A stretch of 64,000 nucleotides of DNA from Vicinamibacterales bacterium. Its GTDB lineage: Bacteria; Acidobacteriota; Vicinamibacteria; Vicinamibacterales; UBA2999. The notes below the pieces were generated by a model. That model had not been told where the DNA came from and ran no database searches. It worked only from the letters and a program-made list of their open reading frames with translations. Within the stretch, counting starts at the first letter, position 1, and every line of letters starts with the position of its first letter. Below, one piece after another: positions 54,599 through 63,824 of the stretch. Location: contig DASUGH010000158.1 in assembly GCA_036274155.1 (NCBI GenBank), forward strand, positions 16,017-80,016. Direction: 5' to 3'. Both the position numbers and the translations under genes were made by a program.

Positions 54599-56572
54599 AT
54601 GTTTAACGGCGCCCAGACGCGATTCGCGATACGCCCGCTGCTCCTCCTTGCGTGCGCCGCGGTGGCCAGTGTGCCTCTCTTCTCTCAGGGAGGCCCGGCG
54701 CGGGCCGGGAACGCGCCCGACATCTCCGGCGAATGGCGACTGGAGAACAGCGAGGACGACACCACCGCTCAGCCGCCGCTCGGTGATTACACCGGCATCC
54801 CCTTCAACGACGCAGGGCGTCTCAGATCCGACACGACGCCGGAATCGATCTGGGGAACGCCGGAGTATCAGTGCCGTCCGCATTCGGCGCCCCACCAGTG
54901 GCGGGGACTTGGCGGCGCGCGGATTCTCAAGGAGCAGGATCCGCTGACCCGCGACATCCGCGCGTATCACATCCAGTTCATGCGCTCGCTCGACCGTCCG
55001 GTCTTCATGGACGGACGTCCGCATCCGCCGGCATGGGCGCCACACAGCTGGACCGGTTTCTCGACCGGAGAATGGATCGGGAACACGCTCAAGATCACCA
55101 CGACCCACCTCAAGGACGGATATCTCAAGCGAGGCGGGCCGCAGACGAGCGACATGTACTCGATGACCGAGTTCCTCACGCGCCACGGCGACATCCTGAG
55201 CATCGTGACGGTCATCGACGATCCGATCTACATGGACGAGCCGTACGTCCATTCCACGACGTACGCCTACGATCCCACGGCAAGCGTCGCCCACGAGGTA
55301 TGCAACTCGTCGGCGTTCGCCGAGAATGGCGGCACCGACCGGCATTGGGTGCCGCATTTTCTTCCCGGAGAGAACAACGCCCGCAGCGAGTGGCTGAAGG
55401 ACGAGAACTGGTTCCCGCCGGAAGCGGCGCTCGGCGGCGTGCGGACGCTGTATCCGGAGTACCGAACGACACTGAACGGGACGGTTCGTCCGGACACGTT
55501 GAAGGTTCCCGCCTCGCGCTCGGCGCTGACCATCGACAAGCGGATCGCCGAACAGAGCCCGCGTGATGGCCAGGTGCACGTCCTTCCGGTTCAGGGCAAC
55601 ATCTACATGCTGGTCACCGACGGCACCAACGTCACGGTCTCCCTCGGTCCCGAGGGCGTGATGGTCGTGAACACCGGCCCGGCGCAGATGTCCGACAAAC
55701 TGCTGACCGCGATCAATCAGCTCGCGAACGCATCGGTGTTGCCGCCGACGACCAACAACTGCGCCGGCGTGTCGTGTCCGGGTGCGTGGGGCTGGTCGAG
55801 CCCCTATATGAATGCGGTGATCAGCTCCCCCGCGCCGCCGAAGCCAGTCCGCTACATCGTCAACACCAGCGCTTCGCCTGACAACGTGGGCGGAAACCTG
55901 AAGATCGCCACGTCAGGCTTCTTCCCGCGCGTGCAGGGGTTCGGCGCCGCCGTCGAAAGCGTCGGTCGCGGCGCCTCGATTGTGGCGCACGAGAACGTGC
56001 TCAACCGCATGACCGCCGCGCCGGCGGCGAAGCAGCCGGCAGTTCCCGCCGCCGCGCAGCCGACCGACACCTACTTCGACGAGTTCTTCAAGCTGCCGGC
56101 GTATGTCAACGGCGAAGCCGTAATCGTGTATTCCGCGGCGGCCGCCAACACCGACGGCGACAGTTTCGTGTTCTTCCGGCACTCCGAGGTGATTGCCGCC
56201 GGCGATCTCTACTCGACCGTCAGCTACCCGGTGATCGACGTCGCCAAGGGCGGCACGATCCAGGGTGTGATCGACGGCCTGAACAAGATCATCGATCTGG
56301 CGGTTCCCGAGTACCGGGCCCAGGGGGGCACGTGGGTCATCCCCGGGCGCGGCCGTCTCTCCGATACGGCCGACGTCGCCTCGTACCGCAACATGGTGAC
56401 GATGATGCGCGACCGCATCCGCGACCTGAAGTCGAAGGGCATGACGCTGCAGCAGGTAAAAGCGGCGCGGCCGACGCTCGATTTCGACGGCCGCTATGGC
56501 TCGACCACCGGTCCCTGGACCACCGACATGTTCGTCGAGGCTGTTTACCGCACCCTCCAGGAGAAGAAGTAA
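54599..56572 (+). CDS. Fusion of a family-'P' domain with a degenerate (ligand-less) MBL-fold domain, secreted
   Basis: ATG at 54599 and a signal peptide. The N-half has EYQC...DRPVFMDGRPH...GFSTGEWIGNTLKITTT...VIDDPIYMDEPY. The C-half has MBL topology, but HxHxDH reads SASPDN (IVNTSASPDNVGGN) and the GHG position reads GRG. Confidence 0.8.
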   Translation: MFNGAQTRFAIRPLLLLACAAVASVPLFSQGGPARAGNAPDISGEWRLENSEDDTTAQPPLGDYTGIPFNDAGRLRSDTTPESIWGTPEYQCRPHSAPHQWRGLGGARILKEQDPLTRDIRAYHIQFMRSLDRPVFMDGRPHPPAWAPHSWTGFSTGEWIGNTLKITTTHLKDGYLKRGGPQTSDMYSMTEFLTRHGDILSIVTVIDDPIYMDEPYVHSTTYAYDPTASVAHEVCNSSAFAENGGTDRHWVPHFLPGENNARSEWLKDENWFPPEAALGGVRTLYPEYRTTLNGTVRPDTLKVPASRSALTIDKRIAEQSPRDGQVHVLPVQGNIYMLVTDGTNVTVSLGPEGVMVVNTGPAQMSDKLLTAINQLANASVLPPTTNNCAGVSCPGAWGWSSPYMNAVISSPAPPKPVRYIVNTSASPDNVGGNLKIATSGFFPRVQGFGAAVESVGRGASIVAHENVLNRMTAAPAAKQPAVPAAAQPTDTYFDEFFKLPAYVNGEAVIVYSAAAANTDGDSFVFFRHSEVIAAGDLYSTVSYPVIDVAKGGTIQGVIDGLNKIIDLAVPEYRAQGGTWVIPGRGRLSDTADVASYRNMVTMMRDRIRDLKSKGMTLQQVKAARPTLDFDGRYGSTTGPWTTDMFVEAVYRTLQEKK

Positions 56573-56967
56573 TGCGTAGAGTGGCTTATCTCGTCGTCGG
56601 CGCGGCGGTGTTGGCAGGCACAGCGACGTACGCCCACCATTCGTACGCCGCAACATACGACGTGTCGACGGAAATCAAGCTGGACGGAAAGCTCGTGGCG
56701 TTCTCCTACCGCAATCCTCATTCGTTCGTGACCGTTCAGGCACCGGACAAGGACGGCGCGATGCAGCGCTGGTCCATCGAGTGGGCGGGCAGCGGCCAGC
56801 TCGCACAGGCCGGCGTCCAGCACGACACGCTCAAGGTCGGCGATGAGATCGTCGTCGTCGGTCGCCCGTCGCGCGTGCGCGGCGAATATCGCGCCCTGAT
56901 GGTCAGGCTGACCCGGCCGTCGGACGGCTTCAACTGGGGCGGACGTGCCGGACAGGTCGTTGACTAG
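56572..56967 (+). CDS. Small secreted protein, DUF6152-like, predicted mature N-terminus His-His
   Basis: The ATG overlaps the previous stop (TAATG). MRRVAYLVVGAAVLAGTATYA|HHSYAATYD..., followed by the YRNPHSFV motif. Confidence 0.75.
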   Translation: MRRVAYLVVGAAVLAGTATYAHHSYAATYDVSTEIKLDGKLVAFSYRNPHSFVTVQAPDKDGAMQRWSIEWAGSGQLAQAGVQHDTLKVGDEIVVVGRPSRVRGEYRALMVRLTRPSDGFNWGGRAGQVVD

Positions 56968-57724
56968 GACACCCGCTGCCCTCGTCGCAACCCTGGCGAT
57001 CGCCCTCGCTCTGCCGGCAGCCGTTCACGCTCAGCGCGGCGGACGCGGCGCGGGTGGAGGAGCGCCCGCCTCGGCGCGCACCGCTGCCGCGCTGGATCTC
57101 ACGGGCTACTGGGTGTCGGTGATCACCGAGGACTGGAAGTACCGGATGGTCACGCCCAAGAAGGGCGTGTTCGACGCCATTCCCCTCTCCGCGGAAGGCC
57201 GCAAGGTCGGTCAGGCGTGGGATCCCGCCCGCGACGAGGCCGCCGGTGAACAGTGCAAGGCGTACGGCGCGGCCGGCATCATGCGGATGCCGACGCGTCT
57301 GAACATCACCTGGGAGAACGACAACACCCTGCGCATCGACACCGACGCCGGAACTCAGTCGCGCCGGCTGTACTTCGGCAACGCGCCGGCGCCGGGAGAG
57401 CGGAGCTGGCAGGGCCACTCGGTTGCCGTGTGGGAGGCCGGCGCCGGCGGTGGTCGTGGCGCTCCACGGCAGGGGAATCTCAAGGTGGTGACCACCAACC
57501 TTCGGCCCGGCTACGTGCGCCGCAACGGCGCTCCGTACAGCGACAAGACCACCGTCACCGAGTACTTCGACGTCAACACGCTGCCAAATGGCGATCGCTG
57601 GATGACCGTGTTGGCGGAGGTCGAGGACCCGGTCTATCTGAGCCGCCGCTACATCACGACGTCGGACTTCAAGAAACTGCCAGACGCCACCGGGTGGGCG
57701 CCCACGCCCTGCTCGACGAAGTAA
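56945..57724 (+). CDS. Uncharacterised secreted protein (paralogue family 'P')
   Basis: Signal peptide ...AALVATLAIALALPAAVHAQ. GEQC...TRLNITWENDNTLRIDTDAGTQSRRLYF...WQGHSVAVWE...LKVVTT...VTEYF...EVEDPVYLSRRY. Start GTG 56945 or TTG 56960. Confidence 0.72.
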   Translation: MPDRSLTRTPAALVATLAIALALPAAVHAQRGGRGAGGGAPASARTAAALDLTGYWVSVITEDWKYRMVTPKKGVFDAIPLSAEGRKVGQAWDPARDEAAGEQCKAYGAAGIMRMPTRLNITWENDNTLRIDTDAGTQSRRLYFGNAPAPGERSWQGHSVAVWEAGAGGGRGAPRQGNLKVVTTNLRPGYVRRNGAPYSDKTTVTEYFDVNTLPNGDRWMTVLAEVEDPVYLSRRYITTSDFKKLPDATGWAPTPCSTK

Positions 57725-57730
57725 CAGCCC

Positions 57731-58945
57731 CTATCTGCTTCGATCGACGGCGACGCCGCGCAGGTAGACCGATGCGATCCTCCGTGTGTTCGTAATGTCG
57801 TCGAGCGGGTTGGCGTCGAGCACGATGAAGTCGGCGCTCTTGCCAGCCGCGATCGTGCCGGCATCCGCCATGCGCAGGAACTCCGCACCATTGCGCGTGG
57901 CGGCGACGAGAACCTGCATCGGCGTCATCCCGGCCGCCACCATGTCGGCCATTTCGACGTGTGGTGCCCACGGGGTGTTACCGTCGGAGCCGAGCGCGAT
58001 GCGCACGCCCGCCGCGTTCATCCGCGCCAGGTTCCTCGCCTGTACGCCGAACTGAGCCTGTGCGTCGGGGCGATCGGTGTTGCCCGCTTCCAGCTTCTGC
58101 AGTTCGGCCTGCGACAGGCTGCCCTTCAGCCAGCTCACATCAGTCTTGACGCCGCGATCGGGCAGGTTCGGCACGAGCACGAACGCCGGACGTGTCTTGA
58201 CCATCGCCATGAACTCGTCGTCGACATCGCGGTCGCGCACACCGTGTGCGAACGCGTCGATCCCGGCCTTCCATAAACCTTTCGCATCCTCCAGCGTGAA
58301 CAGATGGGCGGTTACGCGGAGGGAGTTCTTGTGTGCCTCGTCGATCACGGCACCGTACAGGTCCGGGGTGAGCTTCTTGTACTTCCCGTCGCGATCGTCG
58401 ACCCAGATCTTGACGATGTCGACCTTCTGCGCGGCCAGTTCCTGTACGGCCTTCCGGCCTTCGGCCGCGGTGGTAATCCAGTGCGGGGCGGTCGAGCGCC
58501 CCGGCTCCGGCGCGGTGATGCCGCGGCCGGCGGTGAAGAACCGTGCGGCGCCCGGAATCGTCTGGGCGCGCATCTGGAACGGCAGCTCGCCCAGGTCCTG
58601 CCCGAGGCTCATGGCAGCGCTGAGACCGTAGTAGGCGCGCCGGCGCAGATCCTGCGTGAGCGCTTCGCGCTCCTGGCTCAGATGCGTGTGCGTGTCGACG
58701 ATCGCGGGCATGACGGTCTTGCCTAGGAGACTCACGCGGGTGGCTCCGGCGGGAGCTTTCACATCCGCGGCGCGGCCGACCTGAGCGACACGCGGGCCGT
58801 CAACGACGATCGTGGCGTTCTCGATCGCCGCCCGTCCGTCTCCGACGATGACGCGTGCGCCTTCGAACACCGTCATCGCCGTCTGCGCACGATTCGAGAT
58901 GGACCACGCCGACACCACGAGCAGCACGAACAACACTCGTTTCAT
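57731..58945 (-). CDS. Secreted amidohydrolase-family metallo-hydrolase
   Basis: ATG at 58945 and a signal peptide. PAIVDTHTHL (HxH), VTAHL, AFAHGV and LGSDGNTPW, ending ...NTRRIASVYLRGVAV. Confidence 0.88.
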   Translation of the reverse strand: MKRVLFVLLVVSAWSISNRAQTAMTVFEGARVIVGDGRAAIENATIVVDGPRVAQVGRAADVKAPAGATRVSLLGKTVMPAIVDTHTHLSQEREALTQDLRRRAYYGLSAAMSLGQDLGELPFQMRAQTIPGAARFFTAGRGITAPEPGRSTAPHWITTAAEGRKAVQELAAQKVDIVKIWVDDRDGKYKKLTPDLYGAVIDEAHKNSLRVTAHLFTLEDAKGLWKAGIDAFAHGVRDRDVDDEFMAMVKTRPAFVLVPNLPDRGVKTDVSWLKGSLSQAELQKLEAGNTDRPDAQAQFGVQARNLARMNAAGVRIALGSDGNTPWAPHVEMADMVAAGMTPMQVLVAATRNGAEFLRMADAGTIAAGKSADFIVLDANPLDDITNTRRIASVYLRGVAVDRSR

Positions 58946-59054
58946 TGAGGCCTCCCGAGGACGATGCCAACAGAGAGAGACGATCATACGCCCTGGCAGG
59001 GGTATCCTACGCCCGGCTGCCCAGGCGGCGGATGGGAGCTGGAAGGACACGACA

Positions 59055-59624
59055 ATGCTGATGAAGAGATCGCTGGCCGTGCTCGCGCTCGTTCTCACGT
59101 CCTGTCTCGCGGCCCTTGCCGGCGTCCAGGCCCGGCAGAACCGGGGCGCCGCTGCGCTGACCGGCGCTGACTATGTGGAAATACAGCAGCTGAGCGCCCG
59201 ATACGCGCAGGCGATCGACAGCTGCGCCGACAACGGATACGAGTACGCACGGCTGTACACGCCGGACGGCGTCTTCGTCGACATGTGGAGCGAAGACGCA
59301 CTCAAGCAGGGCGGCACGCGGTGGCAGGGACGCGAAAAGCTAGGTGAGATCGCGTCCGGCGCAAATTTCGGCGGGCCGGGGTGTACGAGCACGCGTTTCA
59401 ACGGCAGCGTCAGCCATCTCATCTTGAACCTGGTGATTACACCGTCGCCCGAAGGGGCCAGAGGCAATTCGTATCTCGTGGAGCTCGGAGGCCGGGATCC
59501 CAACCGTATTCAGCGTCTCGGGAACTACGAGGACGTCTATGTGAAGACCGCCGACGGATGGCGCTTCAAGTCGCGGACACACACGCGCGCGCCGAACGGA
59601 ACCCGGCCGTCGCCGCAACAGTGA
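59055..59624 (+). CDS. Secreted SnoaL_4/NTF2-like protein
   Basis: ATG at 59055. Signal peptide MLMKRSLAVLALVLTSCLAALAGVQA. EIQQLSARYAQAIDS...YEDVYVKTADGWRFKSR. Confidence 0.72.
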   Translation: MLMKRSLAVLALVLTSCLAALAGVQARQNRGAAALTGADYVEIQQLSARYAQAIDSCADNGYEYARLYTPDGVFVDMWSEDALKQGGTRWQGREKLGEIASGANFGGPGCTSTRFNGSVSHLILNLVITPSPEGARGNSYLVELGGRDPNRIQRLGNYEDVYVKTADGWRFKSRTHTRAPNGTRPSPQQ

Positions 59625-59647
59625 CAGCGGCTATCGGTGCGTGCTCA

Positions 59648-59676
59648 CCGGGTGCGCGCTGCTGACGCGCACCCGG
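59648..59676. terminator. Perfect 11-bp GC-rich hairpin between convergent genes (bidirectional terminator candidate)
   Basis: CCGGGTGCGCG-ctgctga-CGCGCACCCGG read directly. It lies 24 nt after the 59624 stop and 12 nt after the 59688 stop. No U-tract. Confidence 0.5.
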
Positions 59677-59687
59677 CCGGCGCCCGC

Positions 59688-60257
59688 TTACTCGACACTG
59701 AGGATTGTGATGACGGGCAACATCCTGTACTGACCGTTGCCCATGGCCGTCACCGAGAGCTCGCCGTCGAGGTCCAGGCGGATCGTCGTCGCCCCGCCCT
59801 CGGGGATCGTGAACTGGCGATTGAGTTTCACCTCTTTGGATGGGATCTCCAGACTCCCGATGAGACCGTCAGGCGTCGTCAGCGTTGACCCGCACGCGGG
59901 GTCGGCAGCAGCAGTCGGCGAGTTGTAGAGTGCGGCACTCTCGACGACGACTCGCAGTTGGGTGTAGTGCCCGGCCAGCAGTTGCCCAGTCCCGATCAGA
60001 TCGAACGCGTTGACCAGCTTTTTCAGGTCGCAGGTCAGCGTGGTCGCCCCGCCGGGAAACGTGAGCGGCTGCCAGTCGGCATCAGCGTGATGGGCGCTCA
60101 CGCTCGAGAACGTGACGAGCATCGCCTTGGCGTCGGCATACGGGCCGTCTTTGAGGTGCACGGTCAATGAACCGGTTGGCCCCGAGGGGCCTACAGGCCC
60201 CGAACAGGCGGTCGCGAGTAGAACGACAGCGCAGAGCGCAGAATTGTGATGGCGCAC
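59688..60257 (-). CDS. DUF4382-like lipoprotein
   Basis: GTG at 60257. Lipobox LLATAC. GSLTVHLKDGPYADAKAMLVTFSSVSAH...LLAGHYTQLRVVV...LEIPS...IRLDLDGELSV. Confidence 0.72.
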   Translation of the reverse strand: MRHHNSALCAVVLLATACSGPVGPSGPTGSLTVHLKDGPYADAKAMLVTFSSVSAHHADADWQPLTFPGGATTLTCDLKKLVNAFDLIGTGQLLAGHYTQLRVVVESAALYNSPTAAADPACGSTLTTPDGLIGSLEIPSKEVKLNRQFTIPEGGATTIRLDLDGELSVTAMGNGQYRMLPVITILSVE

Positions 60258-60490
60258 CGGTGGTCCCCCCTGCGGGAGTACCGGGCAAGTCCTGCGCCCA
60301 GGGCGTCGAAAGCCTGGTTGCGTCGAAATTGCCGGGCATTCGAGGGCAGAACGCGGCGCTGCTGGAACTCGCACGAACGATTTCTGTGAACGTTCTTTCG
60401 TTCCTGTAAGTGCCTGTTTCTCTGTGCCTCTGTGCCTCGGTGGCGAAAATCTTGGTGCCTCACAGGCCGACACGATTTCACGACGGCCTG

Positions 60491-60742
60491 TTAGCCCTCG
60501 TCCGCGACCGTCTTGACGATCCGAATCTGCATGCGGCGCAGCTCGACGATCGCCCGGGCGCTGTCGGACTCGAACACCTGAAGACTTGCCGGTGTCGCCA
60601 CTACGCCCTGCCGCGCGAAGGCGTCCTGCGGTACCAACGCCTGGATGCCGATGGCTTCGAGTGCCCCGCGGGCGAGCCCTGCTTCAAAGCCGTTGCCGAA
60701 CGTCGCGATGGTGACCAGCGGTTCGTCCCTGCGAAGTGGCAT
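60491..60742 (-). CDS. DUF2007-like small protein (putative signal-transducing fold)
   Basis: 83 aa. ...ATFGNGFEAGLARGALEAIGIQALV...LQVFESDSARAIVEL fits the DUF2007 pattern. Confidence 0.55.
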   Translation of the reverse strand: MPLRRDEPLVTIATFGNGFEAGLARGALEAIGIQALVPQDAFARQGVVATPASLQVFESDSARAIVELRRMQIRIVKTVADEG

Positions 60743-60771
60743 GACCCGCTCAGCGTATCACCGTCCGCCCT

Positions 60772-61095
60772 TCAATCTGCGACTTCGAGGTCGATGACGA
60801 AGCGCTGGCTCTTCGCCTCGTCTGGCTCCCGGGGCCGTGCCTTCTTCAGCTCGACGCGCGTGCGTCCCGGCCTCGTCATCTCGAGGCTCCACACCGCTAC
60901 GCCGGAACCGCCGATGGCTGTACTCGTGGACTGATAACTCTGCTCGGCGATCCTGACGGATGTCTCGTCGAGCGAGACGACCACCCATCGGTACCCCGTA
61001 CCCGCCGACTCCGACAGGCTGACCATGACGGTATCGCCCACACGAACCTTCATGCTGGTGTCGCTCTGCGCTTCCGTCACTCTCAGCTCGGCCAC
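60772..61095 (-). CDS. Chagasin/ICP-like (MEROPS I42) cysteine-peptidase inhibitor; start uncertain
   Basis: All three inhibitor loops are recognisable: SAGTGYRW (NPTTGY-like), AIGGSG (GxGG) and ARPRE (RPW/E-like). The GTG at 61095 has GGAG 5 nt upstream. An ATG at 61263 would add an Arg-rich 56-aa leader with no signal peptide. Confidence 0.65.
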   Translation of the reverse strand: MAELRVTEAQSDTSMKVRVGDTVMVSLSESAGTGYRWVVVSLDETSVRIAEQSYQSTSTAIGGSGVAVWSLEMTRPGRTRVELKKARPREPDEAKSQRFVIDLEVAD

Positions 61096-61265
61096 ACCGG
61101 CTCCGCCAGTTTGAGGCGCCAATACTCCGTGCGAATCGAACGCGCCGCCGCCCTCCGGTGACGCATCGGCCGGGCGTGCGAGCAGCGAATGAAACGGCCT
61201 CCGCTCACGGGCGGCACGCCCTGGGGTTCGCGGCAGAACTCGAGAGCGCTCGAGCCGTGCCATGC

Positions 61266-61418
61266 TCAGGCCGTCCGGGCGGCGGTGTTCTTGACCGATT
61301 CTTCGACGCCGAACCGCTTCACCCGCGCGGGCGGCTCCGCCTGTGCGACGGCGTAGTCGAGGAAGTTCGGGTAGCCGGGCAGCCAGCCCATTGCTCGAGG
61401 AATCTGATTCGCGTCCAT
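61266..61418 (-). CDS. Possible 50-aa ORF upstream of the inhibitor gene
   Basis: GGAGGTG lies 2 nt before the ATG at 61418. Third-position G+C is high through MDANQIPRAMGWLPGYPNFLDYAVAQAEPPARVKRFGVEESVKNTAARTA*. I recognise no family. Confidence 0.3.
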   Translation of the reverse strand: MDANQIPRAMGWLPGYPNFLDYAVAQAEPPARVKRFGVEESVKNTAARTA

Positions 61419-61862
61419 GGCACCTCCGCCGCCCGGACGACCGGGCGAATCCGCCACATCGAGGCGCGGTAACCGCGTTCGAGGTTGCGACCGGTCCTCT
61501 GGTGCGAGCGCGACCCAGCGGGGACCCCAGCAGATTTGTTCGATCGAAACGTGTGATTCTCGGTCCGCGCTGGTAAACGCCGGTGGTGGTGCCGTCGAAC
61601 AAAAAGTTGCAGTCCGCCGCTCCCATGGATTCGCCCGCGACATTACGTGACCGGAACGATGCTCCACGCTGGTCGTGCCGGGTCGGCAGCTCATCCATCG
61701 GAACCGGACCGCGAACCTCCACGTTAAAAGTGGGCCGTATTCCGCTCCAGACCGTCGGGCACATGGGCACGCACTGTGCAATCACCGACTGTGAACCCCC
61801 GTGTCGTCCTGGCTTAGAATTCCAGCCCTACGGCCGGGAGTGCTTGCAACTCTCTAACGCTC

Positions 61863-63485
61863 ATGGGCATTCCGCATCGCTTCCCCCTCGACACGTTTCC
61901 CCCCCGATGGCGGTTTCGAAAGGCAAAGACGACTTCCGAAACTCCTAACCCCGATCGAAACGCAGATCTGGAGATTCCATCCAACGCGACTCGTCGACTG
62001 GGACGTCTGGCGAGCGTCGGGCTCGGCGGCGCCGCCGTTCTGGCGCTCGCGATTCTGGCGGCTGCTCTCTACCTCGCCTTCACCGGCAGACGCCAGTTTG
62101 CGACCCCGAGCGCGATTGCCGTGTATTACGTCATCCCGGCGACTGCCGCTGTCCTCCTTCTCGCGGCGCTGAAGCTCGAACCGGTCCGGCGGGTGAGGGT
62201 GCTGCTCTCGTGCCTGTCGGTCGCGGCCGCGCTATATGGGCTGGAGCTGGTGGTGAACGTGTTCGAAACGCGGCCGCTCAACGAATCGCCGATGACCACG
62301 CTCAACCGGGCCAGCGACAGACGCGCTTATGCCGAAGCGTTGAGCAAACGGGTGAATCGCCCGATCGATGCGCGCAGCGCCCGCGAGGTGCTCGCCGATT
62401 TCTCGGCGGCAGGGGTCGAAGCGGTGCCGATCGTGACGCCGAGCAACCACCTGTTCATCAGACACCAGGGAGGAGCGATCACGTCGGCGGTAAGCATCGA
62501 CGGAACCGAAGTCGTTCCCTTGGCAGCGGTGGCCAACCGGGAGACGCTCCTCTGCAACGAGAACGGCGAGTGGATTCACTATCGCGCCGACGACCACGGA
62601 TTCAGCAACCCGAAGGGTCAGTGGAAGCCGCCGATCGAGATTGCCGCGCTTGGCGATTCGTTCGTTCAAGGCTACTGCGTCCCGCCGGAGAGAAATTTCG
62701 TCTCGCTGATCCGGCAGCGCCACCCGGCCACGCTCAACCTCGGCGTCGCGGGTGACGGTCCGCTGTTGATGCTCGCGACGCTGCAGGAGCATCTCAGCAC
62801 CATGCGCCCGAAAACGGTGCTCTGGTTCTACTTCGAGGGAAACGATCTGATCGATCTCCAGACCGAACGGCAGAGTGCGCTGCTGCGAAACTATCTGAAC
62901 CCCGACTTCAGCCAGCCGCTGCTGTCGCGACAGGGCGACATCGATCGCGCGATGCTGGAGGTCGTGCCGCGCGTGAACGCCCGCGAGGAGTCCGACAAGG
63001 CGGCGCGACCGTGGAACACTGTCAAGTACGCAACCCTCTCGTTCGTGAAGCTGACCACGTTGAGAGAACGGCTTGGCATCATCACCGAGACGGACACCGA
63101 GACCCTTCGCCGCAATGCTGACCTCGACAGCATGAACACAGCTGTCTTTCGTGACGTGTTGACGGCGGCGCGATCGCGAGTCGACAGCTGGAGCGGCCGG
63201 CTCGTCTTCGTGTATCTCCCTGGCTGGACGAGGTACGCCGGCATCAGCTGGCGGAGCGATGACAAGCGCGAGCAGGTGCTGAGCCTCGTTCGAGAGCTCG
63301 GCATCCCGATCATCGATCTCCACCCGGTCTTCCAGGCGCAAGACGATCCGCTCGACCTGTTTCCGTTCCGGCTCCCAGGCCATTACACGGAAGCCGGACA
63401 CCGTCTGGTGGCCAGTGAGGTGCTCAGCCAGCTGGCAGCTGCCGAACCCGGCGCCGGGAAGGAAACGGCCAGACGAGCTCGATGA
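61863..63485 (+). CDS. Membrane-anchored SGNH/GDSL-like hydrolase
   Basis: Two or three N-terminal TM helices. Block I IAALGDSFVQG. Block III FYFEGNDL. C-terminal ...PGHYTEAGHRLVA (block V-like). Confidence 0.72.
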   Translation: MGIPHRFPLDTFPPRWRFRKAKTTSETPNPDRNADLEIPSNATRRLGRLASVGLGGAAVLALAILAAALYLAFTGRRQFATPSAIAVYYVIPATAAVLLLAALKLEPVRRVRVLLSCLSVAAALYGLELVVNVFETRPLNESPMTTLNRASDRRAYAEALSKRVNRPIDARSAREVLADFSAAGVEAVPIVTPSNHLFIRHQGGAITSAVSIDGTEVVPLAAVANRETLLCNENGEWIHYRADDHGFSNPKGQWKPPIEIAALGDSFVQGYCVPPERNFVSLIRQRHPATLNLGVAGDGPLLMLATLQEHLSTMRPKTVLWFYFEGNDLIDLQTERQSALLRNYLNPDFSQPLLSRQGDIDRAMLEVVPRVNAREESDKAARPWNTVKYATLSFVKLTTLRERLGIITETDTETLRRNADLDSMNTAVFRDVLTAARSRVDSWSGRLVFVYLPGWTRYAGISWRSDDKREQVLSLVRELGIPIIDLHPVFQAQDDPLDLFPFRLPGHYTEAGHRLVASEVLSQLAAAEPGAGKETARRAR

Positions 63486-63824
63486 GACCGGCCGCTCCGT
63501 TGCATGGATCCGGTGTGGGCAGAACAGTGCCACACAGGAGACGAGTCCATGGCTGGTATCGAGCGTCCGACACGCGGCAGTCACGAAGGGCCACATGGAG
63601 ACCCGTTCCGCCGGGTTCAGCAGCAGGGATCCGAGCGGTCCGGGAGCGCGGATCGCGATGACGAGGTGAAGCGGCCGGCAACGCCCCGCGATCGCGGCGC
63701 CGAGGACGATCGAGATCGCGACCGGCGGGAACGCGACAGGCCTCGACAGCGCTGATTCGGCGATGAGCCGGTTGCGCGTTCGATAAACCCGCTCGGGAGC
63801 GGTGGCACGGATCGGACGCCGCCG

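Noticed and set aside
63486-63824. Open reading frame continuing in frame after the cupin gene's TAG stop (hydrophobic-looking ..PVAFPPVAISIVLGAAIAG..)
   Set aside because: No ATG/GTG/TTG occurs until 63596. From there it is simply antisense to the SGNH hydrolase gene. Treated as a convergent intergenic region.
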